Positions 62,063 through 64,000 of a stretch of DNA of 64,000 bases are shown one piece after another (the first letter of the stretch is position 1; each line of letters opens with the position of its first letter). Origin of the DNA: a bacterium. GTDB taxonomy: Bacteria; Margulisbacteria; Marinamargulisbacteria; UBA817; JABISL01. The notes under the pieces are model-generated. The model ran no database searches. It was not told the DNA's origin and worked only from the letters and a program-made list of their open reading frames with translations. The stretch spans positions 7,298 to 71,297 of the forward strand of contig JABISL010000042.1 of assembly GCA_018700055.1 (NCBI GenBank). Direction: 5' to 3'. A program made the translations under genes and the position numbers.

Positions 62063-62770
62063 TTACACTACAAATATCAAGATAAGCGCGACGACCAATG
62101 CATAGATATCAGTGGTCTCCGTAATCGCTTGTCCGATAATCATAGTTCTGGTTAATAACCCCATGTTTTGGGGGTCACGTCCTACTGCGAGATTGGCATT
62201 CTTGGCAACAAGGCCGTCACCAATTCCTGGCCCAATCGCTCCGAATCCCATTGCGATTCCACCGCCAAGTATGGCGAAGATCTTAATGAAAGAGTATTCA
62301 GGGTTAAGTGTAATCAATATCAGTGCCACTGTAAGAGCAAAAATAGTAGAGGTCTGAGTTACAGCTTGTCCGATAATCATCTGAACGGTTAATGCATCCG
62401 CATTTTCAGGGTTGCGACCAATGCCTTCCATGCATGACCCACCAGGCAGACCTGCACCAAATCCAGAACCAATAGTTCCGCATCCAATCGCAATTCCGGC
62501 TGCTATATAAGTGATGCCCTTCATAAAGGTTGTTCCACCGGCGCCGAAGATTAAGATTAGTGCAATTACCAATGCGAAAATAGCGGCTGTTTCTGTAACC
62601 GCTTGCCCGATAATCATAATACGGAGTGTTTTTTGTGAGGCACCAGGCTGACGGCCTAGAGATTCAGCTGCCTTCATGGCAATATAACCTTCTCCAACGG
62701 CAGATCCGATGGATCCAAGTCCGATAGCTAATCCAGCTCCAAGCATTGCGCAAATTGTGACGAATTCCAT
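62063..62770 (-). CDS. atpE: ATP synthase Fo c subunit, triplicated fusion (three c hairpins, 6 TM helices); middle hairpin has Gln in place of the ion-binding Glu
   Basis: 235 aa. Three tandem c-type repeats: helix-2 sequences IGQAVTETAAIFAL, IGQAVTQTSTIFAL and IGQAITETTDIYAL; polar loops RQPGA, RNPEN, RDPQN. Third repeat nearly identical to the single c subunit. Confidence 0.85.
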   Translation of the reverse strand: MEFVTICAMLGAGLAIGLGSIGSAVGEGYIAMKAAESLGRQPGASQKTLRIMIIGQAVTETAAIFALVIALILIFGAGGTTFMKGITYIAAGIAIGCGTIGSGFGAGLPGGSCMEGIGRNPENADALTVQMIIGQAVTQTSTIFALTVALILITLNPEYSFIKIFAILGGGIAMGFGAIGPGIGDGLVAKNANLAVGRDPQNMGLLTRTMIIGQAITETTDIYALVVALILIFVV

Positions 62771-63627
62771 TAGTTTTTCTGTCCTATATATGTGATTGCC
62801 AACATGGTAAATACAAAGGCTTGAACAACGCCGGCGAAGAGACCAAAGAAGGCCAGTAGCCCGACGGGTAGAAAGATGAATTTAACTAGTGAAGATACAA
62901 TAGTGATAATCATGAACCCACCGAAGATGTTGCCGAAGAGACGGAAGGAGTGAGATACCACACTGGAGATTTCACCGATAATATTAAGAGGGAGCATGAT
63001 ATTGATAGGGGCTAATAATAGGTACCATCCTCTACAAGGAATGATGTCACCCCAATATCCCTTTAGATACTCTAAAGGGCCGTTTTTGAAGATGCCATGT
63101 AAGTGAGCGATTATAAATACCATTAACGCTAACGCCATATCTGTATTTACTGAGCGTGTTGGCTCTGAAAGGTCTGGTGTGTTTAATAGGAAGGCATACC
63201 AAACGTTAGGGTCTACAGTGAATTGTAGGTTGGTAAGTCCTTTGAACGCGAACTCTACGCCGTCACTACCTATTAAAGAATGTACTAGTGCGATGATGCT
63301 GCCGATGAATTTGCCAATATTAGGAAATACACCGATCCAGTTAGATACGAGTACAAATATAAATAGAGTAAAGATAAATGGAACATAACGTTTGCCGTCT
63401 TTGTGTCCTAAAGAGTTGAGTGTAATGTCTTCGATGAACTCGAATAATAATTCAAAGATGTTTTGGAGTTTGCCAGGGATCGTTTTTAACTGACGACCAG
63501 CGATTAATCCAAATCCTAAAATAAGACCCATGACAATCCACGTCATAATAAACGTAGTTGGGTTAACTTCGATGCTGCGTCCGAAGAGATTAAGAGTTAT
63601 AAGTGTGACTTGGCCTAAATTTTCCAT
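62770..63627 (-). CDS. atpB: ATP synthase Fo a subunit
   Basis: 285 aa; conserved Arg in SHSFRLFGNIFGG. Confidence 0.9.
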   Translation of the reverse strand: MENLGQVTLITLNLFGRSIEVNPTTFIMTWIVMGLILGFGLIAGRQLKTIPGKLQNIFELLFEFIEDITLNSLGHKDGKRYVPFIFTLFIFVLVSNWIGVFPNIGKFIGSIIALVHSLIGSDGVEFAFKGLTNLQFTVDPNVWYAFLLNTPDLSEPTRSVNTDMALALMVFIIAHLHGIFKNGPLEYLKGYWGDIIPCRGWYLLLAPINIMLPLNIIGEISSVVSHSFRLFGNIFGGFMIITIVSSLVKFIFLPVGLLAFFGLFAGVVQAFVFTMLAITYIGQKN

Positions 63628-63636
63628 AATGTTTGT

Positions 63637-63963
63637 TTAAATATCCTTGGATTTTAGTCTTTTTTTACTTCTCATAAACACAGCTACAATAGCTGCGTAC
63701 TGGAAGGTGAATAAGCTTAACAGAATTACCCACAGATTGAAATACTGATTGAGCCTAATTCCGAGTATCATCGGAATAGCATAAATACCCATGCGTGCGA
63801 TATAGCCGATAAAAGTAACGCTTTTGCTTTGTTGAGTCAATACTGTAACCTGTGTTTTGACCAGGTTTTTGAAGCCCCAATAGCTAAAAAATACACCGAG
63901 AATTACGGATAAAATGATTGTGTACTGTTCTAATAGAAAAGCGATAATACTAATCGTCATCAC
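63637..63963 (-). CDS. AtpI/AtpZ-like small membrane protein at head of atp operon
   Basis: 108 aa, 3-4 TM helices, upstream of atpB. Confidence 0.45.
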   Translation of the reverse strand: MMTISIIAFLLEQYTIILSVILGVFFSYWGFKNLVKTQVTVLTQQSKSVTFIGYIARMGIYAIPMILGIRLNQYFNLWVILLSLFTFQYAAIVAVFMRSKKRLKSKDI

Positions 63964-64000
63964 AATACGAACAATCCAAGGGACAGTTTTAGCGATTAAA

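Overview
The window is a 64 kb bacterial chromosomal segment, roughly 40% GC, densely coding, with Shine-Dalgarno sites in use. Most of it is housekeeping genes.

Housekeeping content, in order:
- gatA (3' end) and gatB, an isolated ftsL-like/ftsI (PBP3) pair, a Nif3-like gene and a truncated GlmU-like uridyltransferase.
- hpf, gap, lspA, pgk, rluD and ftsK.
- Homoserine dehydrogenase, an NAD-dependent epimerase, and a two-subunit eukaryote-like ATP-citrate lyase (aclB-aclA), followed by hemF.
- tmRNA (ssrA), a UPF0182 membrane protein, tRNA-Met(CAT), rsuA/rluB, a GT2/TPR cluster, a tandem-PurS-like gene plus purQ, and a TrxR-like flavoprotein lacking the CxxC site.
- tRNA-Lys, a DAACS transporter, yqeK, an LCP-family protein, rsfS, tRNA-Ala, rpoD and dnaG, a second tRNA-Met(CAT), RNase P RNA (rnpB), and an SSS transporter.
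- rsmE, a complete rpmF-plsX-fabH-fabD-fabG-acpP-fabF operon with a consensus sigma70 promoter, rnhB, yraN, and a complete F1Fo ATP synthase operon.

The most unusual content:
1. A tandemly duplicated, diverged two-gene cassette at about 13.25-17.5 kb. Each copy holds an ankyrin-repeat protein convergent with a ~400 aa protein. That second protein has an N-terminal MGxxxS (eukaryotic N-myristoylation-like) motif and a RadC/JAB-like HNHP...S..D motif. The second copy is pseudogenized by a deletion that removes exactly this motif. The cassette looks like host-directed effector genes.
2. An extra ATP synthase c-subunit gene encoding three fused c hairpins, the middle one with Gln in place of the ion-binding carboxylate, next to a normal single-hairpin c gene.
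3. A roughly 30 nt conserved structured sequence element present three times downstream of plus-strand genes. Its inner hairpin shows compensatory base changes between copies and its flanking outer stems differ in sequence but stay complementary.

Taxonomy cannot be fixed from the sequence alone. The 21-residue tmRNA tag starting AE, the type A RNase P RNA, the ankyrin proteins and the isolated ftsL-ftsI pair hint at a host-associated Gram-negative lineage, but purine-synthesis and ACL genes are also present.

Coordinates of non-ORF features were counted by hand and may be off by 1-2 nt.
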